Origin: a virus
Taxonomy: Duplodnaviria > Caudoviricetes
Reading direction: 5' to 3' (one strand)
IMG/VR virus record: IMGVR_UViG_3300020200_000038
Location: 1-54,815 of that record
Length of the DNA stretch: 54,815 nucleotides
This document shows positions 19,320 to 28,006 of this stretch, in pieces; the stretch's first letter is position 1; each line of letters opens with the position of its first letter. The translations under genes and the position numbers were made by a program. The notes under the pieces are model-generated. The model was given only the letters and a program-made list of their open reading frames with translations, was not told where the DNA came from and made no database searches.

Positions 19320-21273
19320 TCTGATTTCCCATAATTAAAGCATATATCTTAGCCTCATTGGCATCGTTAATCGTTGTTTCCGGATCAAGATCAAGTGTCG
19401 CTACAACTTCCTTGAGAACCTTGTCCCATTTAACAAATGGAGCAAGAACTGGATTAGAACCAACCTGCATTAACATCATTAGCCGCTGTGACTTGATTTC
19501 TTTTTTCATTAACGAGGCAGAACCTCGGGCATGAATATCCAGATCACCCACGATTTCTGGAAGGTCTTTATTGAACTGCATATTCCAAGCAAATAGTGAC
19601 TCACCGATAGGCTGAATGATATAGTCGTCTAGATTCTTAATTACAGTTTTAATGTTTAGTGCTGCAGCACCCATAAGCATTGACATGCCGGATGCCGTAC
19701 GAGTTGTAGAATTAATACCAGTCTGACCGTGCGAATATGAGGGAATACCAGTTTGTTCATCAGCTAACTGGCGAAATCGATCAAATACACTCATGTTCTC
19801 ATTAGTCGTATTAGGAAATTTGATACCGAATACTGCCTGCCCAGGAGCACCACCTTGACGCCTAAATTGCTTACCAGGAAAGATACGCATATCCTGACCG
19901 GGGACTAAAGCCTGCTCATCAACATCGAAAATTAAATTGCCGGAGATTTTTAGATTGTCGATGCACATACGAGCGGCACCGTTCATGATCATCTGGCTGT
20001 CGTCCATGTTTTCAGCTACACCGATACCAAAAAACCGATAGGGATTGGTCTCATACGGGGCTGAGTTATAAGGAATACGTGCTGGAGTGAATGGGTTAGC
20101 TACAAGTCGAATTAGACGCTTGCCACAAACCCAGGCATTAATTTGTATCTCATCTAGATTCGTCATTGAATTAGGAATATCAAGTCCGGCTTCTAGAGCT
20201 AAATCCTTATCTATTATGCCCCAAAATTCTAGAACTTCGAACCGGTTCGCCAGTTCATTAATATCTTCTTCGTCATGAAGTTGATCTTCGTAGCCTTGTT
20301 TGTCATACCCGGTGCCTTCTTCGATGCACATTTCTACAGCATCTTTATCAAAATAAGGACGATGCAATAGGGCGCGAAGTTGTGATGTAGTTAGCCTATG
20401 ACGTTGAATAACCCATTCAGCTTCTTCAAGATTACGAGCACTTGGATCTGGATAAAAATCCCAAATGCTGACAAATTCGAGCTTAGGAATTAGCTTATTA
20501 ATTGGCTCATAAACAGTTGCTGCTTCTGGATCTGCCATGTTCTTTGTCCATTTATGCAGAACCTTGTTGTAGTTAAATGGACCTTTTACTATTCCATGAC
20601 CAAGCATTGCCATTTCAAAACAAGTTTTACTTAGTACACGAGTGATGTTACTTTCTTCTAGCTGATCCATAATCAGCTTTTCCATGCTTTTAGCAGCGAT
20701 ACGAGCAGGTTCTATTTGAATATGCTGTGGAGTAGGTGCCGGACCTTTCTTCCACGGTAACATTGTTCCTAGCCGATTAGCTAGGCCCCCAAGGATAGAC
20801 TGTGCGGTAGCACCAGGAGCCAGATCATTACCATCGCCAGGATATCCGTAAGGATCACGGTTTGGAATACCGCCTTTGGCATTCTGGCCTGCTGCTGGAT
20901 CAACGTTTGCATATTCAGCAATACCTTCTGGAATCTTCGTTGGTTCAATAGTTAGAGGAAACCGGTCGTTGCTAAACAGTACGTCAATGATTTGACCATA
21001 AGCAGCTAAAACTTTAGTTTTAGTTATCTTGATGAAGATTTTAGATTGCTCTGAATCCTCGACAACAAAACCACCATCATAAACACCCCGATAATTACGA
21101 TAAGCTCGTAGCCATCTATCCTCATCGGTTTGGCGTTCATTGGCAGCTTCTTCGAAATATTTACGGATTGTTCCAGCTAGTGGGCTGTAAATACTTTCAT
21201 CAAGGGAAGTTTTAACTGCTATGACTGAAGAATCATCGAAAGCATCAGTTTGATCTGACTCAAAAATTGCCAT
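19141..21273 (-). CDS. portal protein
   Basis: FIKITKTKVLAAYGQI, SIWDFYPDP, FFGIGVAENM, RTASGMSMLM motifs; follows terminase. Confidence 0.9.
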   Translation of the reverse strand: MAIFESDQTDAFDDSSVIAVKTSLDESIYSPLAGTIRKYFEEAANERQTDEDRWLRAYRNYRGVYDGGFVVEDSEQSKIFIKITKTKVLAAYGQIIDVLFSNDRFPLTIEPTKIPEGIAEYANVDPAAGQNAKGGIPNRDPYGYPGDGNDLAPGATAQSILGGLANRLGTMLPWKKGPAPTPQHIQIEPARIAAKSMEKLIMDQLEESNITRVLSKTCFEMAMLGHGIVKGPFNYNKVLHKWTKNMADPEAATVYEPINKLIPKLEFVSIWDFYPDPSARNLEEAEWVIQRHRLTTSQLRALLHRPYFDKDAVEMCIEEGTGYDKQGYEDQLHDEEDINELANRFEVLEFWGIIDKDLALEAGLDIPNSMTNLDEIQINAWVCGKRLIRLVANPFTPARIPYNSAPYETNPYRFFGIGVAENMDDSQMIMNGAARMCIDNLKISGNLIFDVDEQALVPGQDMRIFPGKQFRRQGGAPGQAVFGIKFPNTTNENMSVFDRFRQLADEQTGIPSYSHGQTGINSTTRTASGMSMLMGAAALNIKTVIKNLDDYIIQPIGESLFAWNMQFNKDLPEIVGDLDIHARGSASLMKKEIKSQRLMMLMQVGSNPVLAPFVKWDKVLKEVVATLDLDPETTINDANEAKIYALIMGNQNGRQIGTPSPISAPEPPGGENLGMVAGASPADTSGAGGGTIGTGSVPTPGESGFSARTS

Positions 21274-21530
21274 TATTTAGAAAAATTCTTAGTTAATGAA
21301 TGGTCGTTTGCAAGCTTTGAAAGACCATCTTTCGTACCCTCACTTCCAATTGGGAAGGTTTCGGTATTCTGGTACTTGTCAGCTGACTTTAGAATACCTT
21401 TTGCATTCAGATAACCAGAAGAACTCTTCTTGGATGGATCACCTGAATTAAAGCTACCTTGTTTAATGCTGGTAGTTAGTGGATCTGCCATCTTGTGTTC
21501 GCCGCCCATATTACCACAATAATCTTTCAT
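21273..21530 (-). CDS. hypothetical protein
   Basis: GGAG RBS; coupled to the portal start. Confidence 0.6.
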   Translation of the reverse strand: MKDYCGNMGGEHKMADPLTTSIKQGSFNSGDPSKKSSSGYLNAKGILKSADKYQNTETFPIGSEGTKDGLSKLANDHSLTKNFSK

Positions 21531-21539
21531 ATTAATCTC

Positions 21540-23249
21540 CTAATAACCCAAAATTGGGTCTGCTGGTCGCCATGTTCTTTCAGTTATCTTACCAAAATCA
21601 GCCAATATATCAGCAGGATTTCTTGGTCTACTCATGCACCCATAGCGTAGTGCATCGTATGCATGATCTTCCGCATTTGTATCAACATCTTCTTGATTGT
21701 TCTTATCAAGTGGTAATGCAGGAAGAGTTCTTATTAAATTCCTACAAGTTGAGAATATTTGTAACGCAGGTTCGTAATTACCGTTTTTGTTAAGAATAGT
21801 TTTAGCCAAACGACGATGAATCTCTAGTTTACCATTAATACGACTGCGTGGACTCTGATCTGCTTTTGTCCATCTGCAGCCCTGTCTATTTAGAGTTTCA
21901 AAAATAGAAGGACCGCGATCACCACGCTTTGCATCAGTTGATCCATCGATGAACCCTCTCATGGGTTTTGGATCATTCTCTTCTAGTCCAAGTACGATTT
22001 CTGCAAGCTGATCTGGATTCTTGCCTTTAAAGTAAAGTTCACGATAAACGATAAGGCGTCCATCAAAATCTACAACAAACCACAACACACAACCATTACT
22101 GGAATATCCCCAATCGCAGGCTCTGAACCTTGTCCAGTTTCTAGGAATCTCGAACGGATTAATTACATGTATTGATTTGTCGAATTCAGGGAATGCAGCA
22201 TTATCGAATACATCCCAGTTTCCTTCCAGCCATTGCTGACGAAGAATATCTGGCAGTGAAGATAAAGTGATAAGATAATCTTCACTGTACATTAGATACG
22301 GATTATCTGTCAGCTTGGCTGGAATAAAACGTCGAGTTATGCTTCTTTTGCCTAACGGAGTTTCGATATCAATTACGAATGAGGTGTTAGGCGGCGCCGG
22401 ATTAATGAAAGTTTCCTTAACCCACAATGATCCAATGTTACCGGGGTTGCCGGTAGCCCGCATATAGGTAGGGATTTCCGGATCAATAGATCGTAGAGAT
22501 GATCTCAGGAAGTTCCAAACGCTGGCATCAGGATATTGCGGTAATTCATCTACGCCAATCCATGTATATGATTGGCCTTGATATCGGAGGGCGTCCTGGA
22601 GATTTTCAGCATAACCGAATTCGATTCTAGCTCCACTAGGGAATTTCCATTCCTTTTCTTGTTCTCTCCATTTCGCACCGGGGAAAGCTCTTCCATAAAG
22701 ATGTTGACTGTGGCTAATCATGTCGCGTAGTTCTGGCATTGTTCTGCGTAGAATCAAGGCACGATGTGAACGACGATCGCAATACCGTAGAGGATCTACA
22801 AGAATAGCATAGGATTTACCACCGCCTCTAGCACCACCATAAAATACTTCTTTCTCTGCTGCTGCCAGAAATTCCGTCTGTTGGGCAGTAGGTTTGAAAA
22901 TGATCTCTTGATTTTCTAGAAACTCCTTAATTGTAGGAGTTGCTCTGTCAAGAATATCCTGCTCGACTATGACTGGCTTTTGGCCAGATATAATTTGTCG
23001 AAGCGTATTTAATACTTCTTCCTTCTCTTTGCGTTTATTACGATGGGCTCGAAGGTTATTATCAACTTTTTCAAAGTTCTTCCTAATAGCCGTTTCTTTA
23101 GTACGCTGTTTATAGATAGCATCCTGACCAGAACGAACTGCTCTTTTAAGATCTACTTGGGCGATCTTATCCCCGTCAATTTGACCCCTAGCTTGAGCAG
23201 TTTCTTTCTTAGTCGAAGGGGGCGCTACATCATCAAGAAGCATCAGCAC
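21540..23249 (-). CDS. terL: terminase large subunit
   Basis: Walker A YGGARGGGKS, Walker B IGVDE, ATGNPG, nuclease DWGY and DHAYDALRY. Confidence 0.95.
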   Translation of the reverse strand: MLMLLDDVAPPSTKKETAQARGQIDGDKIAQVDLKRAVRSGQDAIYKQRTKETAIRKNFEKVDNNLRAHRNKRKEKEEVLNTLRQIISGQKPVIVEQDILDRATPTIKEFLENQEIIFKPTAQQTEFLAAAEKEVFYGGARGGGKSYAILVDPLRYCDRRSHRALILRRTMPELRDMISHSQHLYGRAFPGAKWREQEKEWKFPSGARIEFGYAENLQDALRYQGQSYTWIGVDELPQYPDASVWNFLRSSLRSIDPEIPTYMRATGNPGNIGSLWVKETFINPAPPNTSFVIDIETPLGKRSITRRFIPAKLTDNPYLMYSEDYLITLSSLPDILRQQWLEGNWDVFDNAAFPEFDKSIHVINPFEIPRNWTRFRACDWGYSSNGCVLWFVVDFDGRLIVYRELYFKGKNPDQLAEIVLGLEENDPKPMRGFIDGSTDAKRGDRGPSIFETLNRQGCRWTKADQSPRSRINGKLEIHRRLAKTILNKNGNYEPALQIFSTCRNLIRTLPALPLDKNNQEDVDTNAEDHAYDALRYGCMSRPRNPADILADFGKITERTWRPADPILGY

Positions 23250-23266
23250 CGTTATCCAAAGGCATG

Positions 23267-23533
23267 TTAGTATCCTCGTTTAAATACTTTTCTTAAACCT
23301 GGACCTGATATAGGCCGGCCAGTAACTTTAAACATCCAATCACAAACCTGTTGATATGATGAAACTTTTAGAAATTCTTTAGCCTTGGCTAGAGCTTCTA
23401 ATTCAATATCCACAGGGAGAAGTGATTTCTCATTTTGTGGATCGATACGATATCCGTAAGGGATCTGTCTTGCTTTACGTTTTATTTTTTGATGGGAGGA
23501 TAAAGATGTTTCCGACACCGCTGGCATTGACAT
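23267..23533 (-). CDS. small DNA-binding protein of the packaging module
   Basis: IPYGY...TGRPIS..GLRK pattern; lies between the terminase subunits. Confidence 0.6.
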   Translation of the reverse strand: MSMPAVSETSLSSHQKIKRKARQIPYGYRIDPQNEKSLLPVDIELEALAKAKEFLKVSSYQQVCDWMFKVTGRPISGPGLRKVFKRGY

Positions 23534-23870
23534 CTAATGTATCTTTCTTACCTACTCCGACACGATCAAGAATACTCTCGGCAGCTTCCTTACGAGCTTT
23601 AGCCCGAGCAAGAGTACCAGGTTCTACATCAGAGTCCAGATCAATCGTTTCAATGATGGCCTTAGCAGCTTTAACTGAATTGACTGCTAGCATCTGTTTG
23701 CTCAGTTCAATGATTTCATCACGGATACTACGAGTAACCTCTGATACACGGGTTTCCGGTGAATAGCCGGCTAGCTCCTTCGCTTTCTTCAGGTCACCAC
23801 CAGCTTCATCAAATAGTACAGACAGGAATAGCTTCTGATTATCAGTTAAGATTCTTGGTTGACTGGTCAT
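23475..23870 (-). CDS. terminase small subunit
   Basis: LTDNQKLFL...AKELAGYS HTH-like start, ILDRVG, C-terminal FILP. Confidence 0.75.
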   Translation of the reverse strand: MTSQPRILTDNQKLFLSVLFDEAGGDLKKAKELAGYSPETRVSEVTRSIRDEIIELSKQMLAVNSVKAAKAIIETIDLDSDVEPGTLARAKARKEAAESILDRVGVGKKDTLDVNASGVGNIFILPSKNKT

Positions 23871-24136
23871 TAGCGTTTTCCGGTTTTCTTTTCTCTTGCT
23901 TTTTTAGTACGAGCGAATGAACGATTCTTACTTTTAGTAGTAACCCGTAAGTTCTTTCGTTTATTGTTCATAGGATTTGAATCCCTATGATCCACATCCT
24001 TGCCATCACCTTTACGAACTACTCCTGTCTTCATAAGGGTTCTACGAGCCTTGTTCCTGGAAGAGCGTCGCTTGATCTGTGATGACTTACCGTGGTAGTT
24101 GACGTATTCGCGTTTATAATTTCTAGGCATTAACAA
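23870..24136 (-). CDS. HNH endonuclease (packaging-associated)
   Basis: GDGKDVDH...N...NLRV....NR motif. Confidence 0.8.
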   Translation of the reverse strand: MLMPRNYKREYVNYHGKSSQIKRRSSRNKARRTLMKTGVVRKGDGKDVDHRDSNPMNNKRKNLRVTTKSKNRSFARTKKAREKKTGKR

Positions 24137-24141
24137 CCTTT

Positions 24142-24339
24142 CTAATATTTTTTCGAAACGTTATTAGTAATAGAAGAAGATACAGAGGTAATTAAAACTT
24201 GTGGATCTATAAAAGAAAATGGTCCGGTTGGAAGATTCCAATATGGGGGTTTTTTGAAATGCTTTTCAGCTTCTTTTTTTGCATTAGTTATAAGTTTTCC
24301 ACAATTCGGACAACGTTCACATTCACAATAGTTACTCAA
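24142..24339 (-). CDS. small Cys-rich hypothetical protein
   Basis: CECERCPNCG; overlaps the upstream stop. Confidence 0.5.
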   Translation of the reverse strand: MSNYCECERCPNCGKLITNAKKEAEKHFKKPPYWNLPTGPFSFIDPQVLITSVSSSITNNVSKKY

Positions 24340-24979
24340 GGTTAAATTCCTTACAGATTTCAGACATCGGTACGATCAAAGCAATATCTGCTGATTCATA
24401 GACTCTACTATAGCCACCAAAACCAATCGTGGGACGTAAGGCATAGGCTGAAATAACCCCAACTACCTTACCATCAGTATCAAATACTGGACCGCCTGAC
24501 TGGCCCATATTAATAGTTATATCGGCTAGAAAACCCTTACCATCCTCATCCTTATAGTTTACAGCAATAACATGGCCCCAGGAGAATACCAAAGGAAACT
24601 CAAGTGGATAGCCTACGGCAATAATTTCCTCACCAAGAGTAACTTCCGAACAACGGATAGGAAGTGACGGTCCGATACTCGAAGATGTGTTTATATAGGC
24701 AAATCCAGTATCAAGATTCTCAGAAATAACTATATCGACTAGATTATGACCATTAACAATAAACTTACCGTTTTTTAGTACATGTTCAGCTGACATTACG
24801 ATTTGACGGTCATTGTAGTCAATCAGGAACCCAGTACCATGGCCGGGCTTATCTTGCTGGAATATTTTAACAATGGATTGGGGAAAGCTGTCATACTGTA
24901 GATAGGCTACGCAGGCACTGGTAAACAATACAGACAATGTAACCAGTATACTGTTCAGCACCAATCCAAGTCTATTCAT
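24332..24979 (-). CDS. trypsin-like serine protease with N-terminal signal/TM segment
   Basis: GTGF, SAEHV (His), LDTG (Asp), GQSGGP (Ser). Confidence 0.85.
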   Translation of the reverse strand: MNRLGLVLNSILVTLSVLFTSACVAYLQYDSFPQSIVKIFQQDKPGHGTGFLIDYNDRQIVMSAEHVLKNGKFIVNGHNLVDIVISENLDTGFAYINTSSSIGPSLPIRCSEVTLGEEIIAVGYPLEFPLVFSWGHVIAVNYKDEDGKGFLADITINMGQSGGPVFDTDGKVVGVISAYALRPTIGFGGYSRVYESADIALIVPMSEICKEFNLE

Positions 24980-25145
24980 CTATATAAGCCTCATTTATCC
25001 AATCTTGTTTATTTTTTTTCTTATGAGTTTTGAACTTCTGTTTCTTTATCGGTCTGGCTAATTGGAGAGCTTCAATTCGAGTTTCTAGAAAAAGTTCCTC
25101 CTCGTCCGTAAAGCGTCTTTTATCATAGTTATATGTGTGCTTCAT
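24972..25145 (-). CDS. small basic hypothetical protein (57 aa)
   Basis: Manual translation MKHTYNYDKRR...EAYIDE; overlaps the protease start. Confidence 0.5.
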   Translation of the reverse strand: MKHTYNYDKRRFTDEEELFLETRIEALQLARPIKKQKFKTHKKKNKQDWINEAYIDE

Positions 25146-25176
25146 TGGAATTTTAGAGCAACTATTCAGTTACCAT

Positions 25177-25332
25177 TTATGTAACTAAATTGATCAGCCA
25201 TATTTCTGCAGCGCTAATAAATACTGTTATGGCAACTATAATGGCCCAAAACTGAACCTTTTTCCAGTTGATTTTGTAGGCACTGAAGCTATCTGTTAGA
25301 GAAGCAATTAGTCGTATTGTTTTGTATTGCAT
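25177..25332 (-). CDS. small membrane protein (51 aa)
   Basis: Manual translation with hydrophobic FWAIIVAITVFISAA; GGTGA RBS. Confidence 0.5.
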   Translation of the reverse strand: MQYKTIRLIASLTDSFSAYKINWKKVQFWAIIVAITVFISAAEIWLINLVT

Positions 25333-25353
25333 TGCATTCACCATATATTGAGT

Positions 25354-25611
25354 TTAATCAGTTTCATATTCTTCAGAGGTTATCCAAGAGATGAGAGAGC
25401 TATTACTTTCAGTTATGATCTTTGCTATGGTTTGTGCAACGTTCCAACGTATTGTAAGCCAGTCTTTATTCATCATAGGGGTAGTTTCAGGATTTATGAA
25501 CATATCTTGATCTTCCATTACCGCATATATTTCATTAAATACATGCTTACATAAAGGTGACCATTCATTCCATTGCTTTTTGGAAACCTTATATTTATTA
25601 TCTGTATTCAT
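25354..25611 (-). CDS. hypothetical protein
   Basis: First ORF after the leftward promoter. Confidence 0.6.
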   Translation of the reverse strand: MNTDNKYKVSKKQWNEWSPLCKHVFNEIYAVMEDQDMFINPETTPMMNKDWLTIRWNVAQTIAKIITESNSSLISWITSEEYETD

Positions 25612-25644
25612 GGAGATTTTCCCATGTTTCGTGGAGACCTATAT

Positions 25645-25673
25645 AGTATAACATTAAAATATTATCTTGTCAA
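25645..25673 (-). promoter_or_regulatory. sigma70-type promoter (leftward)
   Basis: TTGACA-17bp-TATACT with an extended -10 TG. Confidence 0.8.
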
Positions 25674-25805
25674 GTAAAATCGTATATTATATTGAATTTT
25701 TTTAACTGCGGGACGAATAAAGGGGGTTTACTGGCTTTATCGGTAATATGTGTGATAAAAATGTCACACCGATATAACTAATTTAAACCCCGATGTATTT
25801 TTTTA

Positions 25806-25834
25806 TTGACAGAAACCACATTCATTGTTATACT
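25806..25834 (+). promoter_or_regulatory. sigma70-type promoter (rightward)
   Basis: TTGACA-17bp-TATACT with an extended -10 TG and an AT-rich upstream region. Confidence 0.8.
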
Positions 25835-25840
25835 AAAGAC

Positions 25841-25955
25841 ATAGTCTTTCAAATTATCACCAAGGGTGATATGTATTATATGTATGTGGTTACAATTTAG
25901 TTTCTACTATTAGTAAGGTTTTAGTCCCTGTTAGCAATAATAGGGATTTTTTTTT
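25841..25955 (+). ncRNA. candidate ~115-nt small RNA
   Basis: Bounded by a consensus promoter and an intrinsic terminator; only a 9-codon ORF inside. Confidence 0.45.
25923..25955 (+). terminator. intrinsic terminator
   Basis: AGTCCCTGTTA-GCAA-TAATAGGGATT stem-loop followed by a T-run. Confidence 0.8.
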
Positions 25956-26196
25956 ATATTCTGAATAAGACTTTCTTTATAGTATACCTTAAGGTAGGCA
26001 CTTCAGGTGCTATATGATGGACATACATGATGGTGGACCTTTAGGCTATTAAACTGTTCCCTGGGGGTATATTTCGGTATGCGGTTTAAAGTGGTTTCAA
26101 TGTCTTTTATGGGTTTTCTGGCAAGTATGTGCATATGCATTTGCAGGGGGTGGGTGGCTCCGGCAAGGGGTCGGTGGTGGTTGCTGGGACCGGTCT

Positions 26197-26451
26197 GTAT
26201 ACAGTCAATTGACGCGCCCTGTATACAGTCAATGGACGCGTCGTATACAATCACGTCCGTGGAGTTGCATTCATTGTATACATTGTATCGGTCACCCTGG
26301 CTCGCGCTGTATACAATCATGGGATCCCTGCGCTGTATACAATTGTGGGATCGGGTAAGATGGCATGCCTACCTACCATGCTCACCTTGTAAACCCAGGA
26401 CCGTATACAACCTTTTACGTGAAACCACATAACCTAACCAGACCTGTATAC
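26197..26451. repeat. cluster of eight GTATAC(A) palindromes
   Basis: GTATAC at 26197, 26221, 26243, 26276, 26309, 26335, 26403, 26446. Confidence 0.85.
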
Positions 26452-26497
26452 AACCCACCATGAACAAACTGTTACACTGTACGGTAAATTTCCTCGC

Positions 26498-26527
26498 TTG
26501 ACTTGGCGAGTGGGGTCATGGTAGAAT
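26498..26527 (+). promoter_or_regulatory. sigma70-type early promoter
   Basis: TTGACT-18bp-TAGAAT with an extended -10 TG. Confidence 0.55.
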
Positions 26528-26565
26528 TGGGATGCTAGATAGCGCACCGTTATCTAGGTAACCTA

Positions 26566-27546
26566 ATGGAGTGTATACAGATGTCGAAGATCACAAAGAA
26601 GACGACAAAGGCAACCGTTGCCGCGTTCGAAGCTACGCAGAAGCCTGCCGTTGAAGCGAAGAAGGCAGTAGCCCCAACTCCGCTTGCTGATGTCGAGAAG
26701 GCGGCAGCACTCGAAGCCGCGCACGAAGCAGTCAAATCTGCGGCTCTCGCCCTCCTGGCCACGTCGACCAAGACCGAAACCCGCAAGATTGCACTCGCAC
26801 TCGCCCTAATCGAGCTGTATACAGCTCAGGGTCGCACCACGGTGATCGAACACGAAGCCATGACCATGCTTTGCGAGATGGCCGGCGTGAGCCAAAATCG
26901 AAGGGCTGCGCGCAAGCCCGGCGCGCTGCCGGCGGCACCCGAAACATTCCGCTACTCTGCCTCTAATGCCATCCGCTACGCCCGGCTGGTGCTGGAAGCG
27001 CCAAACAGGCAGTGCACCATCTTCCGCAATGATGCCGGCGCTGTCGTTGCAATGATGCCGGGCAACGTTGCTGAGCCGCGCATTCGGTGCGGCGAAGAGT
27101 GGGTAGACAATACGAACGCGCGGGCAGTTGTGTGTCGCGCGGCAGACCTTGACCGTGTATACAGGGACACGTTCCAAGGCCACCGCCGCACCGCGAAGGC
27201 AGCCAACACGTCCGCCCGCGACCTTGGCCTTCAAGCCCTACGTCAGGTCAGTCGAAGCATGCTACTTCAGGCGTTCTTCGAAGTTGTTGCCAACTCACGC
27301 GATGAACTGGGCGACAAGGTAGTCCTGACCCCGACGCCCAAGGGTGCCTTCAGTGAGGCCGACATTGAACGCCTCGTACGGCTGCGGGACTGGCTCTGCA
27401 TGATCTTGCCACTCGACCGGGCTGACGTGTTGCAAGGCCAGCTCGCAGAGATGACAGCCCTTTGGAAACAGCGTGATGCCGATTATGAGGCGGAGTACAC
27501 GTTGCGTACTGCGCTTGAAGCGAAGCTCGCGGCCACGTCGAAGTAG
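26566..27546 (+). CDS. early protein of unknown function (probable start 26581)
   Basis: GC-rich ORF between a promoter and a terminator; Ala/Lys-rich N-terminus; GGAG before ATG 26581. Confidence 0.75.
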   Translation: MECIQMSKITKKTTKATVAAFEATQKPAVEAKKAVAPTPLADVEKAAALEAAHEAVKSAALALLATSTKTETRKIALALALIELYTAQGRTTVIEHEAMTMLCEMAGVSQNRRAARKPGALPAAPETFRYSASNAIRYARLVLEAPNRQCTIFRNDAGAVVAMMPGNVAEPRIRCGEEWVDNTNARAVVCRAADLDRVYRDTFQGHRRTAKAANTSARDLGLQALRQVSRSMLLQAFFEVVANSRDELGDKVVLTPTPKGAFSEADIERLVRLRDWLCMILPLDRADVLQGQLAEMTALWKQRDADYEAEYTLRTALEAKLAATSK

Positions 27547-27564
27547 GCCGCCCGCACTCACCCT

Positions 27565-27598
27565 TGGCGCGCGCCTACGGGCGCGCGCCACTTTTTTT
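27565..27598 (+). terminator. intrinsic terminator
   Basis: TGGCGCGCGCC-TACG-GGCGCGCGCCA 11-bp stem with a UNCG loop, then C and T7. Confidence 0.85.
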
Positions 27599-27916
27599 GC
27601 CCCGATTGTTCGATATTTGTAGAAATATGAAACAATCTTCTATCACAAATCGAACTATCATCAAATTTTATTATTTGGTTGTTGGTTGTTGGTTGTTGGT
27701 TGTTGGTTGTTGGTTGTTGGCCGAGTAGGCGACCAGACGCCAAATAAACGACATTCACCACTGGCGCGCGCCTACGAGCGCGCGCTTTTCTGCCCCGATT
27801 GTTCGATATTTCTAGAAGTATCGAATAATTTTCTATCACAATTCGATATTTCCAGAAGTATCGAATTTTATTCTATGGTTGTTGGTTGTTGGTTGTTGGT
27901 TGTTGGTTGTTGGTTG
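27565..27916. repeat. duplicated module: GC hairpin + palindrome(s) + (TTGGTTG)n
   Basis: Copy 1 about 27565-27720, copy 2 about 27762-27916. Confidence 0.85.
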
Positions 27917-27950
27917 TCGTGGCGAGACTTCCAAGTCCATACCGTCTAAT

Positions 27951-27979
27951 TTGACATAACTATTGAAATGTGCTACAAT
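27951..27979 (+). promoter_or_regulatory. sigma70-type promoter
   Basis: TTGACA-17bp-TACAAT with an extended -10 TG. Confidence 0.8.
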
Positions 27980-28006
27980 TAACATACTGGTAAATCCAAT
28001 TAACAG

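Noticed and set aside
23480-23495. Programmed frameshift fusing TerS to the 88-aa ORF
   Set aside because: A-AAA-AAT would favour a -1 shift, which hits TAA immediately; the 88-aa ORF is in the +1 frame.
26003-26432. ORFs 26003-26320 (-) and 26079-26432 (+)
   Set aside because: They overlap the GTATAC repeat region and have no convincing RBS or motifs.
26197-26451. CRISPR or TIGR-like array
   Set aside because: The conserved unit is only 6-9 bp with irregular spacing and no adjacent cas-like gene; the Cas4-like nuclease sits in the replication module.
27558-27949. ORFs across the heptamer repeats
   Set aside because: Low-complexity translations of (TTGGTTG)n.
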